From the NCBI GenBank assembly GCA_964587725.1, contig CAZPLO010000020.1, positions 1-23,243 on the forward strand: 23,243 nucleotides of DNA, read 5' to 3'. The notes under the pieces were generated by a model. It ran no database searches, was not told where the DNA came from, and was given only the letters and a program-made list of their open reading frames with translations. This document shows, one piece after another, positions 8,936 to 17,732 of this stretch. The position numbers and the translations under genes were made by a program. Source of the stretch: an uncultured archaeon. Its GTDB lineage: Archaea > Altiarchaeota > Altiarchaeia > IMC4 > SCGC-AAA252-I15. Position 1 is the first letter of the stretch; each line of letters begins with the position of its first letter.

Positions 8936-9898
8936 ATGAGAGTACACATACCTAACAGCGCATTCCTGGGCAACATAGACCCGTTTATAAGGGGGTTTAA
9001 TCCTGAAAATGAAGGGGTCTTGGAGATAACAGCGAATGAAAAGTGGGTGTCCGCCCATCCGCTGGTTATATCGATGATTGCTTCTCTGGGACGCTCAATC
9101 GATGATAAAAGCAACATAATCTGCCCTAAATTCACCGCAAAGTCGATACACTACCTGGAGAGGATAGGGTTGTTTAAGATGATGGGTGTGGACTCGGAGA
9201 TAACCATCGAGGAACACGAGGCTGCTGGACGGTTCATACCCTTAACCTTCATCCCACAACCGGATGAACTGACGGACTTCATAAAGGATATGATCCCCCT
9301 CCTCCACCCGGACCCCTACCACGTTGAACCCATAAAATACATAATCAGTGAACTGGCGAGGAACGTGCTTGAGCACTCCCGGGCTGACGGCGCGATACTG
9401 TGCGGGCAATACTACCCCAAAAGCAACAGAATCGCGTTGGGCGTCGTTGACAGGGGTGTGGGGATAAAGCGGACGATAGCGATGTCCCATGACGTGCAAG
9501 ACGACTTGGAGGCCATCCAGCTGGCGCTTACGCCGGGGGTCACGGGGATGACAAAAAAAATAGGGGGCACCGAGTCGAACGCCGGAGCAGGCCTGTTTTT
9601 CGTTAAATCCATTGCGAGCGTTAACCGGGACTTTTTCGTAATCTACAGTGGAAACGCCATGTACAAGCTTCTGAAAAGGGGTGGGGTAAAAAGGATAGTG
9701 CTTCACTCGAACCCGTTCGACGACAAACACACAGGACACGGCACCCTCCCCTACTGGAAGGGCACGGCGGTGGGAATCGACATATCCTTAGAGCAGACCA
9801 GCGAGTTCAACGCCATGCTCGACCTGATAAGAGACGTGTTCCATAAGGAGATAAAGGAGATGAAAAAGAGGAGATACAGGAAACCGAGGTTCGTATGA
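8936..9898 (+). CDS. GHKL/HATPase_c protein (anti-sigma-factor-like Ser kinase fold), probably with a degenerate N-terminal STAS-like domain
   Basis: N box SELARNVLEHS, G1 VVDRGVGI, G2 NAGAGL, C-terminal WKGT. No HisKA or transmembrane segment. Confidence 0.8.
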   Translation: MRVHIPNSAFLGNIDPFIRGFNPENEGVLEITANEKWVSAHPLVISMIASLGRSIDDKSNIICPKFTAKSIHYLERIGLFKMMGVDSEITIEEHEAAGRFIPLTFIPQPDELTDFIKDMIPLLHPDPYHVEPIKYIISELARNVLEHSRADGAILCGQYYPKSNRIALGVVDRGVGIKRTIAMSHDVQDDLEAIQLALTPGVTGMTKKIGGTESNAGAGLFFVKSIASVNRDFFVIYSGNAMYKLLKRGGVKRIVLHSNPFDDKHTGHGTLPYWKGTAVGIDISLEQTSEFNAMLDLIRDVFHKEIKEMKKRRYRKPRFV

Positions 9899-10185
9899 TA
9901 AACGTGGAATTGTTCAAGCAGGCCGGAGATTTCGCGGAAAACAAGGACATAGCCAGGGACATTAGAGTGAAAACCATCTACCCCGCGTTGGACCGGGGGG
10001 AGGAGGTGCAACTGGATTTCACCGGCGTCGACGGCGCAACCCAGTCCTTCATACACGCTCTGTTGAGCGAGGTGATGAGAAAATACGGCATCGAATCCCT
10101 GGATAAAATCACCTTCAAAAACTGCAACGAAACAGTCAAAAAAATCATACTGATAGTCACAGAGTACATGCAGGAAAGTGTCTGA
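9895..10185 (+). CDS. STAS-like protein (DUF4325-type)
   Basis: VQLDFTGVDGATQSFIHALL motif; 96 aa; ATGA overlap with the kinase gene. Confidence 0.8.
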   Translation: MINVELFKQAGDFAENKDIARDIRVKTIYPALDRGEEVQLDFTGVDGATQSFIHALLSEVMRKYGIESLDKITFKNCNETVKKIILIVTEYMQESV

Positions 10186-10235
10186 CATGGCGCCTGCGGA
10201 ACAGCCTTAATTTATATTAATCCTAACTATTGTCT

Positions 10236-11249
10236 ATGGTTAGTTTCGCGGTGGTGGGGTGCGGCCACATAGGGCCCAGGCACAGCCGCCACATAGCGTC
10301 GATGGCGGAGCTGGCGTACGTCTGCGACGTCAAAGAAGACAGGGCCAAACAGCTCGCCGAAGAATACGGGTGCGGGTACGTGACAGACTACCGTATGCTG
10401 TTGGATAAGGACTTCGACGTCGCCAACATATGCACCCCCAACGGAACCCACGCCCAGCTGGCGATTGATTTTCTGGAGGCGGGGAAGCATGTGGTGTGCG
10501 AGAAACCCATGTGTTTGAAGGTTGAAGACGGTGAACGGATGATGGAGGCGGCAGAGAAAGCCGGGAAGCATTTGTTCATCGTGAAGCAGAACCGGTATAA
10601 TCCGCCGGTGAAGGCCGCCCGCGAAGTACTGGAGTCCGGTGAGCTGGGGGAACTGTTCATGTGCGCAGTCAACTGCTACTGGAACCGCCGCAGAGACTAC
10701 TATGAGCAGAGCGACTGGAAGGGGAGTGAGGACTTGGACGGCGGCGCACTCTACACGCAGTTCAGCCACTTCATCGACCTGATGATACTGTTGATGGGTC
10801 CGGTTGAAAGCGTGGATGCGCGGTCAGCCAACTACACCCACCCCTACATAGGCATAGACGACACCGGCGTGGTGCTGGTGAAGTTCAAGAACGGGGGATT
10901 GGGGGCGGTGAACTACACCAACTCCGTGTACGACCAAAACTATGAGGGGTCGATAACGCTGTTCGGGAGCGCGGGGACGGTGAAGATAGGCGGCCAGTAT
11001 TTGAACACGCTGGAGCACTGGAACGTGAAGGGCGTTCCCAAACCGGTTTTGGAGGACGGTAACCCGCCCAACGACTACGGAACCTACAAGGGTTCGATGA
11101 GCAACCACGACAAGGTGATAGAGAACGTGGTGGAGGTGCTGTCGGGAGACGGTGAAATACACACCACCGCCGCGGAAGGGTTGGAGACGGTCAAACTCAT
11201 CAATGCAGCGTATAAGTCCGCCGAATCGGGCGGGGAGGTGCGGGTGTGA
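10236..11249 (+). CDS. Gfo/Idh/MocA oxidoreductase, WlbA-like sugar 3-oxidase
   Basis: GCGHIG, ICTPNGTH, CEKPM, VKQNRYNP, DGGALYTQFSHFIDL. Has its own TATA-like TTTATATT at 10211-10218. Confidence 0.85.
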   Translation: MVSFAVVGCGHIGPRHSRHIASMAELAYVCDVKEDRAKQLAEEYGCGYVTDYRMLLDKDFDVANICTPNGTHAQLAIDFLEAGKHVVCEKPMCLKVEDGERMMEAAEKAGKHLFIVKQNRYNPPVKAAREVLESGELGELFMCAVNCYWNRRRDYYEQSDWKGSEDLDGGALYTQFSHFIDLMILLMGPVESVDARSANYTHPYIGIDDTGVVLVKFKNGGLGAVNYTNSVYDQNYEGSITLFGSAGTVKIGGQYLNTLEHWNVKGVPKPVLEDGNPPNDYGTYKGSMSNHDKVIENVVEVLSGDGEIHTTAAEGLETVKLINAAYKSAESGGEVRV

Positions 11250-11842
11250 TAGCTGAAACGGCGAAGATAGACGGGGCAGTGTCCCTGGGGGATAACGTTG
11301 AGGTGGGAGAATACGTTCTGCTGGGCTACGGCGGCGGCAGCGAGACGTTCATAGGAGACGACTCAGTGATAAGGTCGCATACGGTAGTATACGAGGGCAA
11401 CAAGATTGGGAGGAATTTTCAGACGGGGCACGGCGTGTTGATACGTGAAAACAACGTCATAGGCGACAACGTGTCCATCGGCTCGCACTCGGACATAGAA
11501 CACGACATAACCATGGAGGATGATGTGAGGATACACTCGGGCGTGTTCGTGCCAGAGTACACGACGCTGAAGAAGGGGTGTTGGCTGGGTCCGGGCGTCA
11601 TGCTGACGAACGCGAAATACCCGCTTTCGAAGGACGTGAAGAAACGGTTGAAGGGGCCTGTGATAGGGGAGGGTTCGATTATAGGGGCTAACGCCACCAT
11701 ACTGCCGGATGTGAAGATAGGGCGGAACTGTCTGATAGGGGCGGGGGCGGTTGTGACCGAGGACGTCCCCGACGACTCCGTCGTCGTAGGCGTCCCAGCT
11801 AAAGTATTGCGGAAGCGGAGCGACATAGAGGGGTACAGATGA
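11246..11842 (+). CDS. Hexapeptide-repeat sugar N-acetyltransferase
   Basis: Left-handed beta-helix repeats, TGHGVLIRE, LTNAKYP, GAGAVVTEDVP...GVPA. Confidence 0.85.
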   Translation: MIAETAKIDGAVSLGDNVEVGEYVLLGYGGGSETFIGDDSVIRSHTVVYEGNKIGRNFQTGHGVLIRENNVIGDNVSIGSHSDIEHDITMEDDVRIHSGVFVPEYTTLKKGCWLGPGVMLTNAKYPLSKDVKKRLKGPVIGEGSIIGANATILPDVKIGRNCLIGAGAVVTEDVPDDSVVVGVPAKVLRKRSDIEGYR

Positions 11843-12927
11843 GGGTTCCGTTGGTGGATTTGCGGCGGGAGTACGAGAGCGTCAGAGAAGAGGTGATGCC
11901 GGAGATTGAAAGGGTTGTGTCGGAGGCCGCGTTCATCAAAGGAGAAGACTTAAGAAAATTCGAGGACTCGTATGCATCATACTGCAGAGCCGACCACTGT
12001 GTGGGGGTGAAGTCGGGGACCGCCGCGTTGTTTCTCGCGCAGAAAGCGCTTGGAGTGGAGGGTGAGGTCGTCACCGTCCCCAACAGTTTCATCGCCACCA
12101 CGGAGTCTATTACGCAGGCCGGGAACAGGATTAGATTCGTTGACGTGGAGCCGGACACGGGGTTGATGGATTTGGAGCGGCTGCAGGAGGTCTGCTCGAA
12201 GAAGACGAAGGCTGTTGTTCCGGTGCACATGTACGGGCAGATGGTGGATGTGAAGGCCGTCCGCAACATTGTGGGCGACGACGTCCGCATCATAGAGGAT
12301 GCCGCCCACGCCCACGGAGCATTGTATGACGGTAAGCCGCCCGGCTCATACTCTGACTGCGCCTGCTACAGCTTCTACCCCGCCAAAAACCTCGGAGCCT
12401 ACGGCGACGGCGGAGCCGTCGTGACAAACGACCCCGGCGCCGCGGAATTGCTGGTGAAATTAAGGGACCACGGCAGGGGGTTGAAGGACAAGTACGAGCA
12501 CAGGGTGGAAGGCTACAATGAACGACTCGACAACCTCCAAGCAGCGATACTGAATGTTAAATTGAAACACCTGCCCGGGTGGGTTGAGAAGAGACGGGGG
12601 GTGGCTGAACGATACAATAAACTCCTGAATGTTGAATCGTTGAAGGTTCACCTCCACGCCCACCACTCATACTACTTCTACGTCATACGTTCACGGGACC
12701 GCGACGGATTACTGGAGCATCTGAAAAGTAAGGGTGTCGGCGCAGGCATACACTACCCGATACCGCTGCACCTGCTGGAGGCGTACAAACACCTGAACCT
12801 CGGTGAAGGCACGTATCCGGCAGCCGAAAAACTATCCAAAACCGTTCTATCACTCCCCACCCACCCGTACCTGACAGACGAGGAAATCGAGTACGTGTCC
12901 GAGCAGGTTAACGCACACAAGAGTTAG
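11839..12927 (+). CDS. DegT/DnrJ/EryC1/StrS PLP aminotransferase
   Basis: SGTAAL, VHMYG, IEDAAHAHG, SFYPAKNLGAYGDGG, GYNERLD, IHYPIPLH. Confidence 0.9.
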   Translation: MRVPLVDLRREYESVREEVMPEIERVVSEAAFIKGEDLRKFEDSYASYCRADHCVGVKSGTAALFLAQKALGVEGEVVTVPNSFIATTESITQAGNRIRFVDVEPDTGLMDLERLQEVCSKKTKAVVPVHMYGQMVDVKAVRNIVGDDVRIIEDAAHAHGALYDGKPPGSYSDCACYSFYPAKNLGAYGDGGAVVTNDPGAAELLVKLRDHGRGLKDKYEHRVEGYNERLDNLQAAILNVKLKHLPGWVEKRRGVAERYNKLLNVESLKVHLHAHHSYYFYVIRSRDRDGLLEHLKSKGVGAGIHYPIPLHLLEAYKHLNLGEGTYPAAEKLSKTVLSLPTHPYLTDEEIEYVSEQVNAHKS

Positions 12928-12958
12928 GCACTACATGTGTTTAATCTTAGTATATTTT

Positions 12959-13020
12959 GTCGTGGTGCAACGAACACTAAAGTGTTCGTGCACACGAATT
13001 CCAATGGAATTCGTCGTGGT
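12959..13020. mobile_element. Miniature double-hairpin insertion flanked by 8-bp direct repeats (putative non-autonomous element)
   Basis: GTCGTGGT at 12959-12966 and 13013-13020. Between them: ACGAACACT-AA-AGTGTTCGT (12970-12989) and ACGAATTCCA-A-TGGAATTCGT (12994-13014). Confidence 0.6.
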
Positions 13021-13261
13021 CGTAGTCTAGTAGCTTGACTTTTTTCTGTTTTTCGTTGATTTCGTATGTGAGAACGAATGATTTGTCTATGTGGACTCTT
13101 CTTGCCCCGTGTTTGTCGCCGCGCAGGGGTTTGAAGTGATATGGTTTCTCGAGGATTTCCTCTATTTTCTTGTGGATTATCCTTAACTGTTTTTTGTTTT
13201 TCTTGGAGAGCTTTTTGAATTTCCTGTGCAACTGTTCGGAAACCTCCAGGGAGTAGTCCAT
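12977..13261 (-). CDS. RelE/YafQ-family toxin with C-terminus altered by an insertion (ancestral stop likely 12947-12949)
   Basis: FKKLSKK...PYHFKPLRGDKHGARRVHIDKSFVLTYEI...LLDYDH. The in-frame HHDKIY* tail lies downstream of the current TAG. Confidence 0.85.
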   Translation of the reverse strand: MDYSLEVSEQLHRKFKKLSKKNKKQLRIIHKKIEEILEKPYHFKPLRGDKHGARRVHIDKSFVLTYEINEKQKKVKLLDYDHDEFHWNSCARTL

Positions 13262-13264
13262 GTT

Positions 13265-13486
13265 CTACAAACCGTATTCCCTGGAGAAGTCGCTGACTTG
13301 GATGAAGTTTCCTTTCCTGATTCTGTTCAGTTTCTCCAGATACTCTCTTTTAGCCTCGGGCTCCTCTTCAAGCTGGGCTTTCATGAACAGGTTGACCTGC
13401 TTGCTCATGCTAATGCCGTGAGATTTACAGAAACTGGAAAACCGGTCGTATACGTTTTCGTCCACGTTAAATGTTTTCAACACCAT
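13265..13486 (-). CDS. RHH-type antitoxin upstream of RelE
   Basis: KTFNVDENVYDRFSSFCKSHGISMSKQVNLFM ribbon-helix-helix pattern; 3 nt from the toxin start. Confidence 0.75.
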   Translation of the reverse strand: MVLKTFNVDENVYDRFSSFCKSHGISMSKQVNLFMKAQLEEEPEAKREYLEKLNRIRKGNFIQVSDFSREYGL

Positions 13487-13494
13487 CACAAAAC

Positions 13495-13518
13495 ACCTTA
13501 TTTAACATTAAATAAGGT
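13495..13518. promoter_or_regulatory. Palindromic operator of the antitoxin-relE pair
   Basis: ACCTTATTTAA-CA-TTAAATAAGGT directly upstream of the antitoxin start. Confidence 0.65.
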
Positions 13519-13590
13519 TATTTAACTATTTAAGGTTGTCGTTTCGACCCCCCCCTTCGGGTGTCGTCTGCAGTTATCCCCTAAGCGCAT

Positions 13591-14304
13591 CTACCATCCT
13601 TCTATCAGTTCCCTGAACTCCGTTATCCTGGGGTTTTTGAGTCCGGCGTCGTAGTTGAGGCTCCAGAACCCGTATTCGCTGTGGTCTCCGAATTCTCCGA
13701 TGGCTTTCATACCGTGGTCTGACAGTACGAGCTTCTTGTCCGCATCCACTTTTCCGGCCATGTCGTCCAGGTCTTTGTAGATGAGGTTCATCATGACGTT
13801 GTTGCCGAAGTTCAGGTGTCCTACGACGTCGGCGACGCTGAAGTACCCTAAAACGAAGTCGTGGTCCCCACCCAACGCCTCCATGAACTCAGTCTTCACC
13901 TTCCGGTGGTGGTCGAAGGCGTCCTGGTTATACTGTTTCTTCACCTCCTCCTTCTCCGCCGGGTCCTCGGACTCGAAATACTTCTTCAGCAGTTCTCTGC
14001 TGCGGTCGTGGACCTGTTTGTCGTAGTTGTACCCCGGCAGGTCTATCACGACCGGATTCTCGAACGAGCTGAACAAGGTATCCTCCACGGGCCAGCGGAT
14101 GTTCCACATTTCTTTGTCGCCTTCAGCCAATACCTCCTGTTCCTTGTTAACGCCGGTCATGAACGAACTCCACAACACCATGGTCCGGGGTTCGCTGAAC
14201 TCGCTGATGTCCGTCTTCCCATAGGACACCTGCTTCAGGTTCCGGTTGTCGTATGCTTCCACGTACGCGTGTTCCAGCGCGTCTATGCCGATCACAACCT
14301 TCAT
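13591..14304 (-). CDS. Alkaline-phosphatase-superfamily (nucleotide pyrophosphatase/phosphodiesterase-like) protein
   Basis: Metal and nucleophile motifs [31 protein letters not shown]. No signal peptide. Confidence 0.8.
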   Translation of the reverse strand: MKVVIGIDALEHAYVEAYDNRNLKQVSYGKTDISEFSEPRTMVLWSSFMTGVNKEQEVLAEGDKEMWNIRWPVEDTLFSSFENPVVIDLPGYNYDKQVHDRSRELLKKYFESEDPAEKEEVKKQYNQDAFDHHRKVKTEFMEALGGDHDFVLGYFSVADVVGHLNFGNNVMMNLIYKDLDDMAGKVDADKKLVLSDHGMKAIGEFGDHSEYGFWSLNYDAGLKNPRITEFRELIEGW

Positions 14305-15560
14305 TTTTTCACCTCCGTTATGATGCCGCCTGCGCAGGTGTCCTGTCTCTCCAACACGAACCTGCCGAGCTCCGGTGTTTTGTTGAAGTCGTCTATCACC
14401 ACCGGCTTGGAAGTCTTCACTTTTACGTCAGCGACCTCCCGGTTCCCGACGGTGTCCCTGTCCAGCACCTCCAATGTGGAGGAGTCAATAACCCGCAGCA
14501 CTTCTATGTCGCACATTATGTCCTGGGTGACGCACTTGAACGACAGCCGCTCCCCCCTCTCATATGGTTTTTTGTCGAGCCAGAATATGTGGGCGCGGAA
14601 CTCGTCCGCGACTGTGGGTTCTTCACCCGACACCAGCACGTCTCCGCGGTCCGTGAACAGCTGCTCCTCCAATGTGACTCCGGTGCTCTCCCCCGCCTCC
14701 GCGGATTCGGGGAAAATTATTTCCCCGTCTCCGAACGGGTCCTGCTTGTCCGTCACCCACTCTATAATCTCCTTCACCTTCGTTGATTCGCCGCTCGGCA
14801 ATACGATGACTTCATCCCCTGGTTTCACGGTGCCGCTTGATATGACTCCGGTTATCACCCTCCTGTCGCCGACTTTCATCACATCCTGTATGGGAAGGCG
14901 GAACGACTTGTCCTCCGCCGTCTCCGGCACGTGGAAGGTGTCCAGTGCCTCGAGTATGCTGGGTCCGCCGTACCAGCGGAGGTTCCCGCTGTTGGAGGCG
15001 ATGTTGTCTCCCTCTTTCGCGGACACCGGTATCACATACGTCGGCTGTATGCCGATGGTGTCGAGGAACTCCGTCAGCTCCCCCCTGACTTCATCGAACC
15101 TGCCTTCACCGTACCCGACCTTGTCCATCTTGTTGGCTGCCACAATCACCTGGTCGAGTCCGAGCATCCCGAGTATGTATGCGTGGCGGCGCGTCTGCTC
15201 CTTAACGCCCTCTTCCACATCCACTATGAGTATGGCTGCTTCCGCGTGGCTTGCACCGGTTATCATGTTCCGCACGAACTCCACGTGCCCGGGCGCGTCT
15301 ATGATGGTGTACTGTCGTTTGTCGGTTTTGAAGAACTTCTGCGCCGTGTCTATGGTGACGCCCTGGTCCCGCTCCTCCTTGAGGTTGTCCATGATGAACC
15401 CGAACTCCATCTCCCGCCCCAAGGCCTCACACACCTGACGTATCTCCTCTACTTTGCCATCGGGCAGCGAGTCCGTGTCGTAGAATAATCTCCCTATCAA
15501 TGTGCTTTTCCCGTGGTCCACGTGCCCCACAATCACGAGTTTCAGGTTGTCCATCTTCAC
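14301..15560 (-). CDS. cysN: Sulfate adenylyltransferase subunit 1 (GTPase); no fused APS kinase
   Basis: [41 protein letters not shown]; adjacent to cysD. Confidence 0.92.
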   Translation of the reverse strand: MKMDNLKLVIVGHVDHGKSTLIGRLFYDTDSLPDGKVEEIRQVCEALGREMEFGFIMDNLKEERDQGVTIDTAQKFFKTDKRQYTIIDAPGHVEFVRNMITGASHAEAAILIVDVEEGVKEQTRRHAYILGMLGLDQVIVAANKMDKVGYGEGRFDEVRGELTEFLDTIGIQPTYVIPVSAKEGDNIASNSGNLRWYGGPSILEALDTFHVPETAEDKSFRLPIQDVMKVGDRRVITGVISSGTVKPGDEVIVLPSGESTKVKEIIEWVTDKQDPFGDGEIIFPESAEAGESTGVTLEEQLFTDRGDVLVSGEEPTVADEFRAHIFWLDKKPYERGERLSFKCVTQDIMCDIEVLRVIDSSTLEVLDRDTVGNREVADVKVKTSKPVVIDDFNKTPELGRFVLERQDTCAGGIITEVKK

Positions 15561-16366
15561 ATGTATCCTAAACTTCTCAGCTTCTGCATGGCGTCCGCCT
15601 CCTCCTTGTCCTGCGCCCGCCCGCTCCGTTCAGAAATCTTGGTGTTCCTGAGTTCCTCTATCATCTCGTCCACGTCTCCTGCGTTGCTGTCGATGGGGTG
15701 GGTGCAGGGTTCGCATCCGAGGCTCCTGAACCGTTTCCCCTTCCACCGTGTGCCGCTGAAGTACAGGGGGTTCACCGGTAAATTTTCACGTTTGATGTAC
15801 TGCCAGATGTCGAGTTCCGTCCAGCTCAGCAGCGGGTGTATCCTGAGATGATACTCTGACTCCAGCCGGGTCTTGTACTGGTCCCACAGCTCCGGCGCCT
15901 GTTCCTTATAGTTCCACTGGAAGTCTTTGTTGCGGGGGCTGAACACTCTCTCCTTCGCCCTCACCCCGTGCTCGTCCCTCCGTATCCCGAGTATGAGCGC
16001 CTGGAATTTGTGTTCGGCGATGGTGTCCTTCAGCGCCTGCGTCTTCCGGTAGTCGCAGCACCTGATTTTTCCCTCAGGCCCGATGCCTTTCTCGTCCGCG
16101 TCCTCCTTCTTCGACACAATCAAGTCCAGGCCCCACTCCTCAACGCACGTGTCTCGGAACTCGTACATTTCTTGGAAGTGTTTGCCGGTGTCGATGTATA
16201 TGACCGGGAACGGCACTCTCCCGTAGAATGCTTTTCTGGCGAGCGAGAGCATTGTCGTGCTGTCCTTCCCGATCGACCAGAGCATCCCCACCTTCTTGAA
16301 CTTCTCTTTGGCCTCCCGCATGATGTATATGCTCTCGCTCTCCAGCTTATCAAGATTGTCCATCAC
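15557..16366 (-). CDS. cysD: Sulfate adenylyltransferase subunit 2
   Basis: [26 protein letters not shown]...[35 protein letters not shown]. Confidence 0.93.
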   Translation of the reverse strand: MMDNLDKLESESIYIMREAKEKFKKVGMLWSIGKDSTTMLSLARKAFYGRVPFPVIYIDTGKHFQEMYEFRDTCVEEWGLDLIVSKKEDADEKGIGPEGKIRCCDYRKTQALKDTIAEHKFQALILGIRRDEHGVRAKERVFSPRNKDFQWNYKEQAPELWDQYKTRLESEYHLRIHPLLSWTELDIWQYIKRENLPVNPLYFSGTRWKGKRFRSLGCEPCTHPIDSNAGDVDEMIEELRNTKISERSGRAQDKEEADAMQKLRSLGYM

Positions 16367-16563
16367 AGGTACCCCAGCTTCCTTAATTTTTCCTTCACCT
16401 TCGCCTCGTCCGTCTCGTACTCGTCTCTGCCGGCCTTGATTTCCCGCAGCAGATATGTCACGTAATCCGACAGGCTCTTGAATCCCGTGTCTTTAATCTG
16501 TTCGCGTATGTCGTCCGCCAGCTCCACGGGGATGCTTACGGTCGTGTACTTCGACCCTTTCAC
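16363..16563 (-). CDS. CopG/RHH-family protein with C-terminal LRKLGYL tail
   Basis: YTTVSIPVELADDIREQIKDTGFKSLSDYVTYLLRE; 4-nt overlap with cysD. Confidence 0.8.
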   Translation of the reverse strand: MKGSKYTTVSIPVELADDIREQIKDTGFKSLSDYVTYLLREIKAGRDEYETDEAKVKEKLRKLGYL

Positions 16564-16565
16564 GG

Positions 16566-16595
16566 TGTAATTATCTGTAATTACATTTATAAATG
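16566..16595. promoter_or_regulatory. Operator palindrome and TATA box of the RHH-cysDN operon
   Basis: TGTAATTA-TCTG-TAATTACA (16566-16585) abutting TTTATAAA (16586-16593), immediately upstream of the GTG start. Confidence 0.6.
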
Positions 16596-16691
16596 CCTAA
16601 CAGAACGAATTTATTCTAGCATATGAATGAAAAATCACTACTATATTGGAATTTCCTGTGCTTTTATATTTGTGTTACATATGTATCCTTT

Positions 16692-16916
16692 ATGGCGTCA
16701 TCTGTAACACTTAATGTTAGGATTCCCTCAGAACAGTATGAGGCGTTGGAGGAGATTGTGCGGGGCAGACATTATACCTCTAAGGCGGAGTTCGTCCGGA
16801 TGCTGTTGCGTGAGGCGTTGGACGACTACACGGAGTTCCTGCATGAGAAGGCTGTGCGTGACAGAGGCAAACACGTTTCCCTCGAAGACTACGGGAGGGA
16901 AGCTGGACTGGGATGA
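16692..16916 (+). CDS. RHH/CopG antitoxin
   Basis: VTLNVRIPSEQYEALEEIV...YTSKAEFVRMLLRE. ATG 16692 follows TTTTATAT (16662-16669) and the palindrome TACATATGTA (16676-16685). Confidence 0.8.
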   Translation: MASSVTLNVRIPSEQYEALEEIVRGRHYTSKAEFVRMLLREALDDYTEFLHEKAVRDRGKHVSLEDYGREAGLG

Positions 16917-17176
16917 AACACCCGGTTCTACTGCATCCCGACGCCGTCAAATACCTTGACAGTCTATCACAGAAGGAGCGGCGCAGAATCTACCAGGCGT
17001 TGAAGGGGTTGGGTGAGGACCCTTACACTGGCCGCTCCGGCTGCGATATCAAGCGGCTGCGGGGCAAACACAAAACCGCATACCGCCTCCGCGTGGGGGA
17101 CCATCGCCTCCTCTACGTCGTCGTAGAAGGGGAAGTGTTGGTTGAAGAAGCATTCAGGCGGGAGAAAGGCTACTAG
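16913..17176 (+). CDS. RelE/ParE-family toxin
   Basis: HPDAVKYLDSL...IKRLRG...YRLRVGDHRLLY; ATGA overlap with the antitoxin. Confidence 0.9.
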   Translation: MKHPVLLHPDAVKYLDSLSQKERRRIYQALKGLGEDPYTGRSGCDIKRLRGKHKTAYRLRVGDHRLLYVVVEGEVLVEEAFRREKGY

Positions 17177-17179
17177 TTT

Positions 17180-17728
17180 TCATATCTTCTGCTGAGGGAT
17201 TTCTTCATCCTGCATCTTCTTGGAGTATATGTCAGTAAGTTCGCTGGCGATTTCGTGAAGCCCCAGTCTTTCGGCGAGTTTTATGTTGTTGAAGCAGTAT
17301 TGTCTCAGGTTTGGTGACTCATCCAGGAGTTTCTCGAATACTAGGGCGACGAGATAGTTTTTCCTGTCCACATCCTTAAATCGTCTCTTCTTTATTTCGA
17401 GGTTCATCAAGTCTGCTTCACACACCCGTATCTGTGGCATGTGGAGTGCTTTCTTATCCCCTATTATGGGCTGCGACAACTCGATGGTTTTGAACAGTAT
17501 GCTGGGTATGAGGCCGACGGGTTCTCTTCCATGTTTTTCATAGGTCAGCCAGCGGCGGTCGAACGTTAGAAGAGATATCCTGTGCGGGTGGTGGGTGAGT
17601 GTCGGGTTCCGCACCCCTTCTACTACAGCCACTACGTCAACGTCTCCGGTGTGTCTTCCGCATACGCTGCTGCCTGTGACGCCGGCGTAGACTACGCCGT
17701 CCCCCAACAGTTTATTACGCTCATCCAA
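17180..17728 (-). CDS. Pol-beta-superfamily (MNT-like) nucleotidyltransferase-domain protein
   Basis: VTGSSVCG...GDVDVVAV = GS...DxD motif. Start codon (TTG) uncertain. Confidence 0.6.
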   Translation of the reverse strand: MDERNKLLGDGVVYAGVTGSSVCGRHTGDVDVVAVVEGVRNPTLTHHPHRISLLTFDRRWLTYEKHGREPVGLIPSILFKTIELSQPIIGDKKALHMPQIRVCEADLMNLEIKKRRFKDVDRKNYLVALVFEKLLDESPNLRQYCFNNIKLAERLGLHEIASELTDIYSKKMQDEEIPQQKI

Positions 17729-17732
17729 TTCT

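Noticed and set aside
12959-13020. relE insert as a bulge-helix-bulge archaeal intron
   Set aside because: The flanks are direct repeats and cannot pair to form the exon-exon helix of a BHB motif.
13861-15438. 525-aa plus-strand ORF and other long antisense ORFs (e.g. 381-1058, 5882-6643, 6943-7605, 22326-23147)
   Set aside because: These are shadows of well-supported genes on the opposite strand in GC-rich DNA, with no motifs.
14301-15560. GTPase as EF-1alpha or SelB
   Set aside because: It is coupled to cysD and its overall motif pattern fits CysN.
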